DNA from: Epithemia pelagica
Lineage: Eukaryota > Protista > Bacillariophyta
Length of the DNA: 64,000 nt
Assembly: GCA_946965045.2 (NCBI GenBank)
Contig: OX337228.1
Span: forward strand, 5,208,001 to 5,272,000
Reading direction: 5' to 3'
A program made the position numbers and the translations under genes. Each line of letters starts with the position of its first letter. The first letter of the stretch is position 1. Below the pieces are notes generated by a model that was not told the DNA's origin, did not search any database, and worked only from the letters and a program-made list of their open reading frames with translations. Shown here one piece after another: positions 11,201 to 20,774 of this stretch.

Positions 11201-12176
11201 GTGGTTCCCGTCTCGCTGGGAACAGATCTTGTTTTATGGCGGCAATGCGTTCGGGCGTGAGTGTGGCGGTGGGCATGTGAGAGGTGAGCCGGGAGTATGC
11301 GGTGGAGTAGTTGCCGAGGTCCGCGGCTCGTTGCGCGGCTGCCAGGCGGCTGGGATGAATGGGTCCGCTTTGGAGGTGTTGTCTCGTGTGTTGTTGTCGT
11401 TGTTTTTTCTTGTTGTTGCCGTTTGTTGTTCGCTTGCTGGTGGAGGTTGCTGGCGGTGGTTGTGACCATACCAAATGGTGCAGTTCTTCGATGCGTCCGG
11501 CCTTTAGCAGGGCGTTTCTTGCTCGGAAGGCTTCGGCGTGGGTGGTGTGTCCTGTTGTTTCAGGTGGCGCCAAGAGCATGGGTTCAAGAAGGAGGAGGAG
11601 TTTCCAGAAGGGACTTGCTTCCACAAGGGCTGCCGGTGGTTTCGTTTCTCGGATGATGGAGTCTTGGAGTTTCGGTGTGGCCTTGAGGATCCATTGCACG
11701 GTGTTGTTGTAGGTGACGTAAAAGGCTTTCTTGGTTGGATGTTTGAGGTTGTGCCATACGCTGCGTCGAAACGGGGGCGGTGTTGGGTCAAGTTGGTGAA
11801 GGAAGGCGAGGCCCGTCTTCCACTGCGTTGCTATGTGAGGATCATCGTGTCGGTACGTGTGGAGGACAAGGTCCAAGTTGTTCTCTTTTCTAGTATGTTT
11901 ATTTTCGTGGTGGTTGTGTAAGTGGCCCTCGGTGGTGAAAATGGCGGTTGGTTTGTTGCAGGTGTGGCAAACATGGAGGCCGTGTTGTTGACAGAAGGAG
12001 TGGGAGAGGTATGTGGACGGTCTTGTTTCCCCGTGTGCTTCGATGAGGTGTTGTTTTAGTTGGAGGGTTTGTGTGTGTTTGTTTTGGTTGCGTGACCGGT
12101 GTGTTGGTGGGTCGGGCCGCCATGGACAATGGGGGACAGGGCATGCCCGGAGGGTGGGTCGCCGTAATGTACTCAT
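8295..12176 (-). CDS. Retrotransposon ORF2: two C2H2 fingers, reverse transcriptase, CCHC-like finger, REL endonuclease
   Basis: C2H2 fingers CPVPHC...HLIEAH and CHTC...HNHHENKH. RT motifs LRPIGIGTGLRR, QYGIQIPGG, LDLHNMFN, GFPQGCPLSP, IMDD, LNKAKT, FLGQPVG. C-terminal CRCPSC...HLFSC, RPAD, AIDVT. Frame is open from 12293, but ATG 12176 is favoured. Confidence 0.92.
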   Translation of the reverse strand: MSTLRRPTLRACPVPHCPWRPDPPTHRSRNQNKHTQTLQLKQHLIEAHGETRPSTYLSHSFCQQHGLHVCHTCNKPTAIFTTEGHLHNHHENKHTRKENNLDLVLHTYRHDDPHIATQWKTGLAFLHQLDPTPPPFRRSVWHNLKHPTKKAFYVTYNNTVQWILKATPKLQDSIIRETKPPAALVEASPFWKLLLLLEPMLLAPPETTGHTTHAEAFRARNALLKAGRIEELHHLVWSQPPPATSTSKRTTNGNNKKKQRQQHTRQHLQSGPIHPSRLAAAQRAADLGNYSTAYSRLTSHMPTATLTPERIAAIKQDLFPARREPPPTTTRNRGNQPDRPPPEENYIHIDPDLFDLAMRQMKRGTASGPFATCTDAIVEMALHRTTRAATATRPYQHNLQALFQLILTAQVPTLVHQLLGSNYFLALHKDPNKLHRLRPIGIGTGLRRVAAKIALTHITDQITPLLLSGGQYGIQIPGGIDFVAQTTTNEVAKYIELPQTPTRALVCLDLHNMFNNTSRTEARRILASRVETTPLLPLYDLLTQTQTPSWFFNDKGVADKLLQDEGFPQGCPLSPLFSCLVLLTVTIQINKEQLQRALRRKKAGDAHDDGKGGQAHTASIMDDTSICLPHEDLPWFLARFEELGAPLGVQLNKAKTQILTTTTATTATTDGYLPTQAQQHLYDALRHLNPGNPTAAEITTGTRFLGQPVGSQAFARQYIQKRLTQMQQNVDLLTELTDLQTQSHLFRYSLVPSILHLLPTDMVLAHPSNAATTTLWDSPTTTQADGLIAAFLAKITSTPAHQITTMTTIMAALPNRLGGLGYHSPAASARPRLLTQTVRSIKLASSKDWPVPPTHKAAFTDWQHSELPWFQAFRRSLALYTHELAPAPLTNTDLYDKNTHHQLAHHTLVEHLVPSLLSATPPELLPSLPSALSPLTSLALHLPRTAEHFRIPNDLFLTALRRKLRLPVLPDHLRGKCRCPSCPTLDPQGDHLFSCSMAPKTALSNAVRDTVYDLLSRLAPTAGYVEDCKDVHIEPPGLAPQHTRNVRPADVGLLLKQPQKNEPFNYVAIDVTIPPPHARTPLPVPVDNSALGLAASRPHQEAARSKFCHDDNTAKHLLANGVYLIPFTVDHLGSLGSFAQRLLFHQDDLPHEFSSAIPPQWPDAHFGRSPSRSKQHTAAYDLYQEIEYAPNNIANKATKRSPRFRYDEAHIHSIGHYAKASLGHALVTSLAKHLNKQISALRNQEYESRYQKTQRARLTQQGFAPQPPLYTPFPIATFFPREETPHLLCGSAA

Positions 12177-15100
12177 AGGGCCCCTTGGCCCTTGGAAGCA
12201 TGCGGGACCACATGGCCGGTGCGGGGGCCGGCGACGGGGGAAGGGGACGACGTGGGGCGTGGCCTCTGCACTAGTCGTTCTGCGTATTCCCATACGTCTT
12301 GCGCGTCGGTGTCCGTGCTGAAGGACGTAATCCCGTCCAGATATTGTTCCAGGACGGGCAGTTGTTGCTCATTGTTCGAGGCGACAAAGTCAATGATTTG
12401 TCGGAGTTCCTCGGTCGTGTGTTGCGAGTTCCATTGCTGGAACAGCGGGCGTGAACTGTCGGACGGGTCGGAGACGTTGTCCCATTCGTCTGGAACGTCC
12501 ATGTCCTCCATGTCGACGTCTGTGGGGCGATCGTCGTATCTGTCTCTGTCCTCCTCGTACTCTGCCTCGGGGTTGTCGTCGTCTTGCAGGGGCGCGTATT
12601 GGTTGGAGGACGTGTTGCTTGTGTCTGATGGTGGCGCTCTCGGTGCTAGGGACGACGTAGCTTCTGCCACTTTCTTCCAGTCCGTGCCGTCGTCGTATGG
12701 GTCGTCTTCGGTGTCGTCGGCATTGCTGGCGTCGTTTTGGTTGCTGTGGTGGTTGTCTTGGTTCGGCCGTTTCCTCGGTGGTGGTGCGCCTGGTGATGTG
12801 GATCGGGCTCTCGTTTCCCGTGTGTTGCTGTTCTCGTCGTCGTCGGCCGTTGTGGGGTGTGCTTTCTTGACGATTCTCCGTGTGAGATCGAGGAGGCGTG
12901 ACGTGTGGTTGGCTTGGATTGGTTGGTGGTCGTTGGAGGTGTTGTTGCGTGGCGGTGGGGCCGCTGCTGTGACCGAGGCCATGGTTTGTCGTAGTATGTT
13001 TCGTGGGAACCCGGGGTACTGGCGAATGGTTGTCGTGGTGAGGTGGAGGGTATCCGGAGTACGGAGGAGGTAAAGTACAAAAGCAATCGGCTGTTGTTCA
13101 TGGTGGCAAAACTCGGGAAAGGCCGCTTGGTAGTTTTCCATTTGTGTCAGCTGTTCCCACTCTTCGTCGTCAGCGAGGTCGTTGAGGGGGAAGAGGCGAA
13201 TGCGGACGCTTGCGGAGAAGTATTGGTCCAGTTCACGGAGTGCTTCCAGTGTCGTGGTACGTTGTTGTTGTGTTTTGGGCACTGGGATCAACTGGATGAT
13301 GTTGTCGCGCCAGCGGAGGTCGTTGTTGGCCGTTGCTTTGTGGAGCTCGTTGTATGCACGGAGAATGGTCTCGAACATGCGTTTGGAGGACGCCGAGATG
13401 TAGGTGACAGGGACAGTGCCGCGTTGTTTGGATTTGAAGTCGCCGCTGAAATTTCCGTCGCGGCATCCGATGTGTTTGTGAAAGTCGTCCGACATTTGGA
13501 GGTGTGTTGGGAGGAAGCCTAGGAGTTGGTCGTGGATGGCGTCCGTGAGGTCGATGTATCCCCGTTTGTGTTTGATCGCGCTAGCCGGGATGCCAACGAT
13601 GATACCGTGTGTCTCACATGTTCTGTTGTTGCAGGCAGGGGCGTAAATGTCGATGTCCTTGTATCTTGGGTTTACCGTGGGGTTGGACTGCGGCGATCCG
13701 TGACGGAGAATCTGTTGCAGGCCGTGGTTGTCGTTGCGGAAATCATCCCGGTGGTGTTTATGCCACATTTGCGTGACAAACCGGATGCCTTGCTCCTGAA
13801 ATACCTCGGTGTCGAAGGCGTCATTAATGGGGGCGGGGCGGAGCGTAAGGTGGAAGGAAGACGTGTATCCGCGCCCTCCTCGTTCGTTATTGTTGTTGTT
13901 TCGGTTGTTGCTGTTTCGCGGTGGTTGTTTTGTTTCCAGGAACTCGATCCTGTGCATTTCCAGCATCATTGGTTCTTCCCGGCATCGGTGGTGTTGCAGC
14001 ACTCGGTGGATGTGTTGCTTTAGGGTGGTTTCCGTGACCCGTGGGAGTCGCGACTCTTCTTGGTGGTTCGCTTTGTGGCGCACCACCAGTGTAAGGTGGA
14101 TTGTTGCCGGTGGGTCCGTTGTTGTGGGGCGTTTCGGTGTTGCCCTGTATGGATTGAAGGTGGTCTCCGTGGTTGCCTCCATGGTGTCGTTGGTGCCGTC
14201 CTGGTTTTCCGCCGTGTCTTGGGTGTTGTCCTGTTCGTCATTTTTGGGCGTGGCATTGTCCTGGTTGTCGCTGTCCGTTGTGTCGTTATCGTTGGGCTCC
14301 GTGGGTTGGTTGCCGTCTCGGCCTTCCATGAATTGGTTGTCCTCCCTATTGGGAGGGGTGGAGGTGTTGTGGGAGTAGCGAAGCATTGCCTCCTGTGTGT
14401 TTTCGGTCGCATGGTTGAAGATCCTGGTCGTTGCGGTGGTGGCGGCCAATGTGCTGGAGCGTCGGACGGACAGGGACGGTGGGGATGCAATGCGTGGCTC
14501 CGAGGTCTGGATGGTGTCGTCCTGGGTGGTGGTTTGGTTGGTGTCGTCGAGGGTGGTGTCTGGGCTGTTTTTGTTGTTTTTGGTGGTTTCCGTGGGCGTG
14601 TTTTCTTTTTTGTCTTTTTTGTCGGTGTTTTTGTTGTTGTTGTGGTGGTCAGGGGTGATGGGGTTGGACGTGTCCGAGGATTGGGAGCAGGGAGGGTTCA
14701 ACGACGGCTTGGGTTGGTTGGCTTCCGGGTCGCCGCGGTTACCGAGCATGGTGGCTGCCTTTGCACGGGTGAGAAGGGCGTGGTTGCGTGGAGCAGTGGT
14801 GCGTTTGGTGGACGGCGGTGGCTTCGTTGCGTTGGTGGCGGCGAACTTGGAGTGGGCTTGCATGGTCGCTGTTTGGCAGGGGGCTTGGTTGTTGCTGGCG
14901 AAGTTTTCGTTCTGGCGGGTACTCAGTGGCGAGGCGAACTTTTCCGACACTGTGAGTGGAGATCGTTGGGCTGCTTCATTTTGTTTGGCGACGGGGTGGT
15001 TGTGGCGATGATGACGTGGCTTGGACTCTTCTGTTACTGAGCGGTGGTGACGGCGCCAATCGACGACGTGTCGGTTTCCGTTTCCGTCGGTCTGTGTCCC

Positions 15101-15547
15101 GGTTGTCCGAGTGGACGGTGGGGTGGCATGGTGGTGTTCGTGGCGAGTAGTTGTGGTTGGCTGTCCTTCGATGGAGTTGGCGGTGTCGGTGTCGATGACG
15201 ACGTGTTTGTGGGGTTGTTGGTGTCGATTCTGCTGGGTGGCGCTTGGTCGGCCGTCCGTGTGCTTCCCTTTTGGCGTGGAGGCGGTGTGGGGTGGCTGGT
15301 TGGTGGCCATGGCGTGGCGGTGTTGTCCTTGTTGCGGAGGTGTGCCTTTTCTGGTTTTGGTTTTGTTTCGTCGATTTGGGAGTATGTCCATGGTGAAGGT
15401 GAGGTTCGCCTGGCTGCGAGCGGGGCGACGGTGTACCAGCGGAGGTGCTGTCACCGAGGCGGGCGAGGTGAATCGTGTCATGGCCGTTGGCAGTTGTTTG
15501 CAGGAAAGTGCCGGTGCGTGCCAAGGCGGGTCCGCGTCCGCCGCCAT
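12173..15547 (-). CDS. Retrotransposon ORF1 (1124 aa, T/N/Q/D-rich, no recognised domain)
   Basis: Long intact ORF directly upstream of ORF2, same strand and same base composition. Confidence 0.8.
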   Translation of the reverse strand: MAADADPPWHAPALSCKQLPTAMTRFTSPASVTAPPLVHRRPARSQANLTFTMDILPNRRNKTKTRKGTPPQQGQHRHAMATNQPPHTASTPKGKHTDGRPSATQQNRHQQPHKHVVIDTDTANSIEGQPTTTTRHEHHHATPPSTRTTGTQTDGNGNRHVVDWRRHHRSVTEESKPRHHRHNHPVAKQNEAAQRSPLTVSEKFASPLSTRQNENFASNNQAPCQTATMQAHSKFAATNATKPPPSTKRTTAPRNHALLTRAKAATMLGNRGDPEANQPKPSLNPPCSQSSDTSNPITPDHHNNNKNTDKKDKKENTPTETTKNNKNSPDTTLDDTNQTTTQDDTIQTSEPRIASPPSLSVRRSSTLAATTATTRIFNHATENTQEAMLRYSHNTSTPPNREDNQFMEGRDGNQPTEPNDNDTTDSDNQDNATPKNDEQDNTQDTAENQDGTNDTMEATTETTFNPYRATPKRPTTTDPPATIHLTLVVRHKANHQEESRLPRVTETTLKQHIHRVLQHHRCREEPMMLEMHRIEFLETKQPPRNSNNRNNNNNERGGRGYTSSFHLTLRPAPINDAFDTEVFQEQGIRFVTQMWHKHHRDDFRNDNHGLQQILRHGSPQSNPTVNPRYKDIDIYAPACNNRTCETHGIIVGIPASAIKHKRGYIDLTDAIHDQLLGFLPTHLQMSDDFHKHIGCRDGNFSGDFKSKQRGTVPVTYISASSKRMFETILRAYNELHKATANNDLRWRDNIIQLIPVPKTQQQRTTTLEALRELDQYFSASVRIRLFPLNDLADDEEWEQLTQMENYQAAFPEFCHHEQQPIAFVLYLLRTPDTLHLTTTTIRQYPGFPRNILRQTMASVTAAAPPPRNNTSNDHQPIQANHTSRLLDLTRRIVKKAHPTTADDDENSNTRETRARSTSPGAPPPRKRPNQDNHHSNQNDASNADDTEDDPYDDGTDWKKVAEATSSLAPRAPPSDTSNTSSNQYAPLQDDDNPEAEYEEDRDRYDDRPTDVDMEDMDVPDEWDNVSDPSDSSRPLFQQWNSQHTTEELRQIIDFVASNNEQQLPVLEQYLDGITSFSTDTDAQDVWEYAERLVQRPRPTSSPSPVAGPRTGHVVPHASKGQGAL

Positions 15548-15963
15548 CGTTGCTGGCGCCGTTATGTCACGGGAGTGTTAGGTGTACGACAGAGGAGGCC
15601 GGCCGTCCTTTATAGTTTTCTCTCTTGTCTTTTCGGAAATGGTCTCCAATAGATGACAAGACAAAAGATCATTGGCCGTGTCGCTAACGAGGGGTCTTAA
15701 CCAAAGTCTTTTCTGGGATTTGTTCCCAACCACGTGAAAACACTTACAAATAATTGACCGATATGACAGGCTCTTAGAAACCATGTGAAGTACAATTGCC
15801 CCAGGAATGAGAACGCTGTTGCGACAAACAAAAGATGCGCATCGGACACGAGCGAGGAGGGCAAAGGTCAACAAAAAACGACAACAAAAAAAAAACAAAA
15901 AAAAATGAAAAAAGAATACATCCTTCGCCTTCGCATTAACCTTACTCAAGGTGATCAACAACC

Positions 15964-16922
15964 ATGTCGACCAAAGAAGAATCCATTGGACGGAAGCTTG
16001 GGTCGTTGTAAGTACGAAAAAGATATCTGCATCTTAGGAAATGAGCCGTTTTACATTGACACAGATTGGAGTGAAGGAAAGTCAATTTTGTCTCTCATCT
16101 CTCAACGTAACTTTCCTTCGTCTGTTTGGCATGACTACGACAACTCAAACGTGATCTATCAGATGTCTCCTGTTAATGCCGGCCATCTTGGCCACAGGAG
16201 GGACCGTTTGCTCCATGGTTTCCGGATTTTGGTGCGAGTCCATCAAATTTGAAGCCCTTGATCCAGTACTGGAGAATATTCAAAGGGACGATCTACATTT
16301 TGGACCTTGGAAGCAGCTTGAAGTGACGATTGAAACTGTAGAAATCGGATCGGGCTACGAAAAAGTTGTGACGCGTAAAGAATGCGTCGATTGGAAATTT
16401 GACCCAACCATTGATTCGAAATGGAAGGCCGTCCGTGCCTTTACCATTATCACTGCCATTGTTGGAGGATTTCTTGCCATTGGACTGTGGTTTGTTCCTT
16501 GTCTCGGTGGTCGGATATCCGACACCATCTGGAGAGGGGTAGCTATTACGTTTACAGTCTTCTTGACCATGTTTCAAGGATTGACGTTTCTTATTTTCAG
16601 TTCAAATGCTTGTGATGCAAACTCTGTGACTCTCACCTTACAACAACGATACAACACCCTTTTCTACGAAGACGAATGCAGTTGGGATTCGGGAAGTACT
16701 ACTAATGTGATTGCTGTTGTGTTGTTTTTCCTTACGGGTATTACCATGCTCATCAGTGGACCACCCAAGAGTCCACCATCCAAGCCCACCGAGACTCAAA
16801 CTGTAACATACGAGAAAACAACGGCTGAAGATGGAACACAAGCAGTTGTGGAAACCAAAGTGGTCAAAGGAAAAGCTGTTCCTATTCCAGAGCAGGGTGT
16901 TGATGAGTCAAACGATCCATAG
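15964..16922 (+). CDS. Claudin/PMP22-like four-TM membrane protein
   Basis: Exon 1 15964-16007 (MSTKEESIGRKLGS), GTAAGT intron 16008-16162, then in frame into ORF 16176..16922. Four hydrophobic segments, a 'FGPW...C' first loop and paired Cys. Confidence 0.75.
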
Positions 16923-17387
16923 GATTAGGAGTAGCTTCTCATTCGAATGATCAGAGTCTATATTGCATTGACATGCAGCCTTAGTTCTCGTCTCTCAAGG
17001 TCCGTCACTTTGTACCAAACGGACCTACTATACTGACGCTTTGTAGCTTATGAGAACTAAAGATCAAGATACATGTCTGGTGAATCAGAGAATCATGATT
17101 CAATCGATATGCACTAAATTGTTTGTCTGGTTATGTCCACCTTGCGTGTGAATATTTCTTGAAACCTGAGCAGCAATGGAGTAATGACTATCGCTGCGAA
17201 ATCCTGAACGTGACCCCCATGAATAGACAACGATTCGACCCAAATGGCGACGAACTGCGAACATTTTTGACTCATTCATGTTGCCGTCCAATAAAACTGT
17301 TCACCAGGGACAATAACTGAAAGCAAGAAGTTGCATGTTCACTTTCATGAGAAATGAGAAACAACTTTAGGCAGTTCCATCAGCAAT

Positions 17388-18622
17388 TTAATGACGCCAC
17401 CCTTCGTTGGGGGCCGCTGGCTCTACCGCGGTCTCATCATAGGTTACCCAAGGGTGATCTTTAATCTCGATTAGCGAAAGTCTTTGCCTTGGGTCTTCAC
17501 GCAGCATTTTTTGAAGAAGATCTGCCGCTTCGGGGCTAACTGCTCGATCCCAGCTTTTCAACATTCGCTCCAAGCCGCCCCGTACCACCATACGATACCG
17601 CGGATCTTCTTCCCTCGCAAATTCCCAGGGCGGGAGTCCGACAAGCATTATAAACAGAATTACGCCAGTTGCCCAAAGATCGATCGCAAAACCATCAAAG
17701 GGAGCCTCACTTTTCAAAATTTCAGGTGAGATATAGTTTGGCTTCCCGCATGGAATCAGCGGTTGCATTAATCGTCTTAATGTTCCCGCACTAACGTCCG
17801 TCACGCTATCTTCATCGTCGTACGGGACCTTCAGACACATTCCAAGATCAATTATAACAGATCGTTTGTATTCGTCCACCAAGATATTTTCCAAGGACAT
17901 ATCACGATGACACACCCCCATTCTTTGGAGATGCGACACTCCCTGAAAAAGACAGAACACAACCTCGTGAGCTACTAGCCCCCACATGAATCGGACTTTC
18001 CGATAAATGATCATTGACGCACCTCGAGTACTTGCTTGAACCAAAAGCGAGCCATAGGCTCAGGGAATCGACCTGCCTGTTGGACAAAACCAAATAGATC
18101 TCCGGAGGAACAAAATGGCATGAACATCAAAAGGTAGTCTTCGTCTTCTAAAACATCGTAAACACCCATTACATGAGGATGAACACCATCTCTACTGACA
18201 AACTGCATTGCAGCAACCTCTTGTTGAGGATCTTCGATATGCCTTAGCTCCCGTATTTTCTGCCAAGACATGATTTTGACGGCGGCTTTGCCATCCGTCA
18301 CCTCCCACGGTACATTGGCATCGTTTCGGAATTTCAAGATTGTGCATTCTTTTACAACTCCAAAGATACACTTTCTTAGTTTTCTTCCGATCCAGTAAGC
18401 TCTCTCCGGTGGTCGACCATCCAAGTGCCTTTCAAAAACAATGTTTGTAGCTTCGAACACATCCCCCGTCCATGGATTCAATACATTGGCATCGAATCGC
18501 TCTGCTCTTCCTCGGGAGGACGGCTCGAATGGTAACGGCTGTGCTGGTGGTCCATTCATCTCAATGTCACTATAGGCAGCCGAAGCATTCTCCAGAAACG
18601 CCAGATCGTCCATTGTCTCCAT
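17388..18622 (-). CDS. Ser/Thr protein kinase (CAMK-group-like)
   Basis: Motifs AVKIM, HRDMSLEN, DLG, CGKPNYISPE, DLWATG. Intron 17943-18022 joins ORFs 18011..18697 and 17388..18044. Start uncertain. Confidence 0.9.
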
Positions 18623-19289
18623 GATGTCGTCCTTCTTGGTGGTGGAGGTATTAGACCCCTTGTCGATCTCTGATCCCAGTTGTGTGCGGCACGGCAACGG
18701 CGTGTATATCCCTGTAGTGAAGCACTATGTGTTCTCGATCAAATACGGCGAACTCTAGATAGGTAGGGGTAGGGGTCTCTGTTGCTCGTTCTTGCAGTTT
18801 TGGGTATGGAGCGAGCTCAAGAACATTTCTCGCGGCGACTCCCATTCCTCGGGAAGCGACCGCCTGAGACCTGGACCGATCTGATTTCCGGGTGCCTTCA
18901 AAAACGCGACTTCTTGTATCGTGTTTTGCGGTGGTTGCAGTCGCGATCCTATGAAGATCCCAAGGGAGACACAAGCGCCAAAGCGGTTGAAGGAAATCTC
19001 TCTCCTTGCCCGTTCAGCAACTCATTCGAGAGGGACTTGGACCATTGGACACTTCCGTTCATCTTCTTGATTGAAGGAGTGGGCGTTAGAGGAAGAGTCC
19101 TTGGTTGTTTGACTTCTCTTAGCATATACTGCACGTTATGCGAGGGGATCGAGATACCTGAGATATCAGCGATCACTTGTGCCTTAGAATGTTTGGAACC
19201 TCCTTTGAAATTGCCGTGTTTTGTGTTGAAAAAGCGTTCTGAAAGACCTGACTCATCATAGTCCAATAAGCGGTGTACCCCCACCGATA

Positions 19290-20111
19290 ATGTCCAAAGA
19301 AAGTCGAAAGGAACCTACCAGTGAAAGTACGGATCACCAAGAAAAAAACGCGTCCACTGCCCAGGTTGCTCAGCATACTTTAGTTCCTGTTGCCCAAACA
19401 TCTTCGTCACATCATCTCCAATCCATCCCACCACATAGACCCGAACATGTACCAACTCCTGAAAGTGTTGAGGAGCCCAAAGCAACTTCGAAGAGAGATC
19501 TTCCCCCGGAGACAGCAGTTCACGAGCCAGACGAAACCGAAGTCCAGCCAAGACAAGTTATCGCTGTTAGTGCATCCAAAGGTCCAGCTGCATTTTTTAA
19601 TCTTGCTCGCAAGTTTCTGGTGACCGATGAAATGTGCGACCTCTCTGCTCTAGAGGGAGCAATTGTATCAGCTGTTGATGCTGCTCATCTATTGGAGCGA
19701 TCAAAGCTTGCAACTATTACGAGGTGTGTCTGAAAATCTGCTTGTCTTCTTTCTTTGGAAACGCGCTAACCTCTTATATTTTTCAGAATTCAAACATCAT
19801 ACGTCACTGTCGAGCCAAAAAGACGGAAACAAGCACCTGTCACACCTGGAGCCGCGGCGGAAGCTCATCAAGTGTATTCCCCAGTCTCTGGTCAGACTAT
19901 GCAAGATACAGGGTCCTCCGGATCTCCTCAAGAAAGCCAGGCACGACGCACAAGTACAGGTAGGGAATTGAGGAGAGCTCGTATTGTAATCACAGTTAAA
20001 CGAACGCAGAGCTACAAGAAATGGTTGGAAGACAATCCCCTTCAAGCTATCATCGCGGGTGATGTAGAAGACGATCAAGGAGTCGAGCCAGCGCTTGCGG
20101 TGGAACCCTAG
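19290..20111 (+). CDS. Alba-domain nucleic-acid-binding protein with an N-terminal extension
   Basis: IAVSASKG...LSALEGAIVSAVDAAHLL, intron 19724-19786, then IQTSYV...RARIVITVKR, matching the Alba fold signature. Confidence 0.8.
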
Positions 20112-20774
20112 AGGGAATCTGTAAGGTCGTTTGAAACACATGTGGTCGTTTTCCACATTTCGTTCAGATGAACGGAACTATCAAGTGAATCCCGTCGTTG
20201 ATCATTCAGTCGCTAAGGGGAAAAGAGATTGTGTTACTCATGCAGTTAGAAATGTCGGACTTCTGGTTTTTCCCATTGCCTTATCCAACGACAAACGTCG
20301 GAAAGGCTTGAAATTTGATGCCTTTTAGTCTACGATCCTCCGCGACCCGAAAACGGAATAGACATTAAACATAAGCAATGATAGACTAATAATACTTCTC
20401 CCTGTTGAGAGAAAGGAAACAAGTAGAATTCTCTCTAAAGCCCACTCAAGGGCGGCAAGTCCAATGGAATAGGCGTATTATCGCATCAGGTATCAGGTAG
20501 CCTATCGAGAATCGAGCAAGAACTTCAAGGTCACGAAGACGCGACAACAGCGACCTACTCGTACACGTCACGATCATTTGCAGAGCTATGAATGCTAACT
20601 CTGGAATAGCGAGCTATTTTACACTACTCCCTTACTCCGTGTATCTACGCAAAAGAATTTAAGATTGGCCTTATCCTCATCATAGGGAAAGGTCGTACTC
20701 CTACGAACAAACGTGTAAAGGGTTGAGCAACGACACCATGTTTTGGAGTTATGATATATATCGAATGAACACTC

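Larger units (their letters stand above)
8259..15900 (-). mobile_element. CRE-clade-like non-LTR retrotransposon (two ORFs, RT plus restriction-like endonuclease); 5' boundary uncertain
   Basis: Abrupt GC-rich block with two long minus-strand ORFs. The 3' UTR is about 25 nt and ends in ATAAAATAAAAA (plus-strand T tract 8259-8270). No TSD found. Confidence 0.88.

Noticed and set aside
8347-15652. Many long plus-strand ORFs (e.g. 12192..13073, 14060..15040, 10174..10911)
   Set aside because: Antisense shadows of the GC-rich, C/A-biased retrotransposon ORFs; V/G/L/W-rich with no motifs.
8245-15971. GTCGACATG / CATGTCGAC inverted 9-mer and ATGAAA direct match flanking the retrotransposon
   Set aside because: Short. 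The right-hand 9-mer is the start codon region of the claudin-like gene, and neither convincingly defines a TSD or TIR.
18651-19284. ORFs upstream of the kinase as extra exons or genes
   Set aside because: No convincing splice path or motifs; treated as the divergent kinase/Alba intergenic region.
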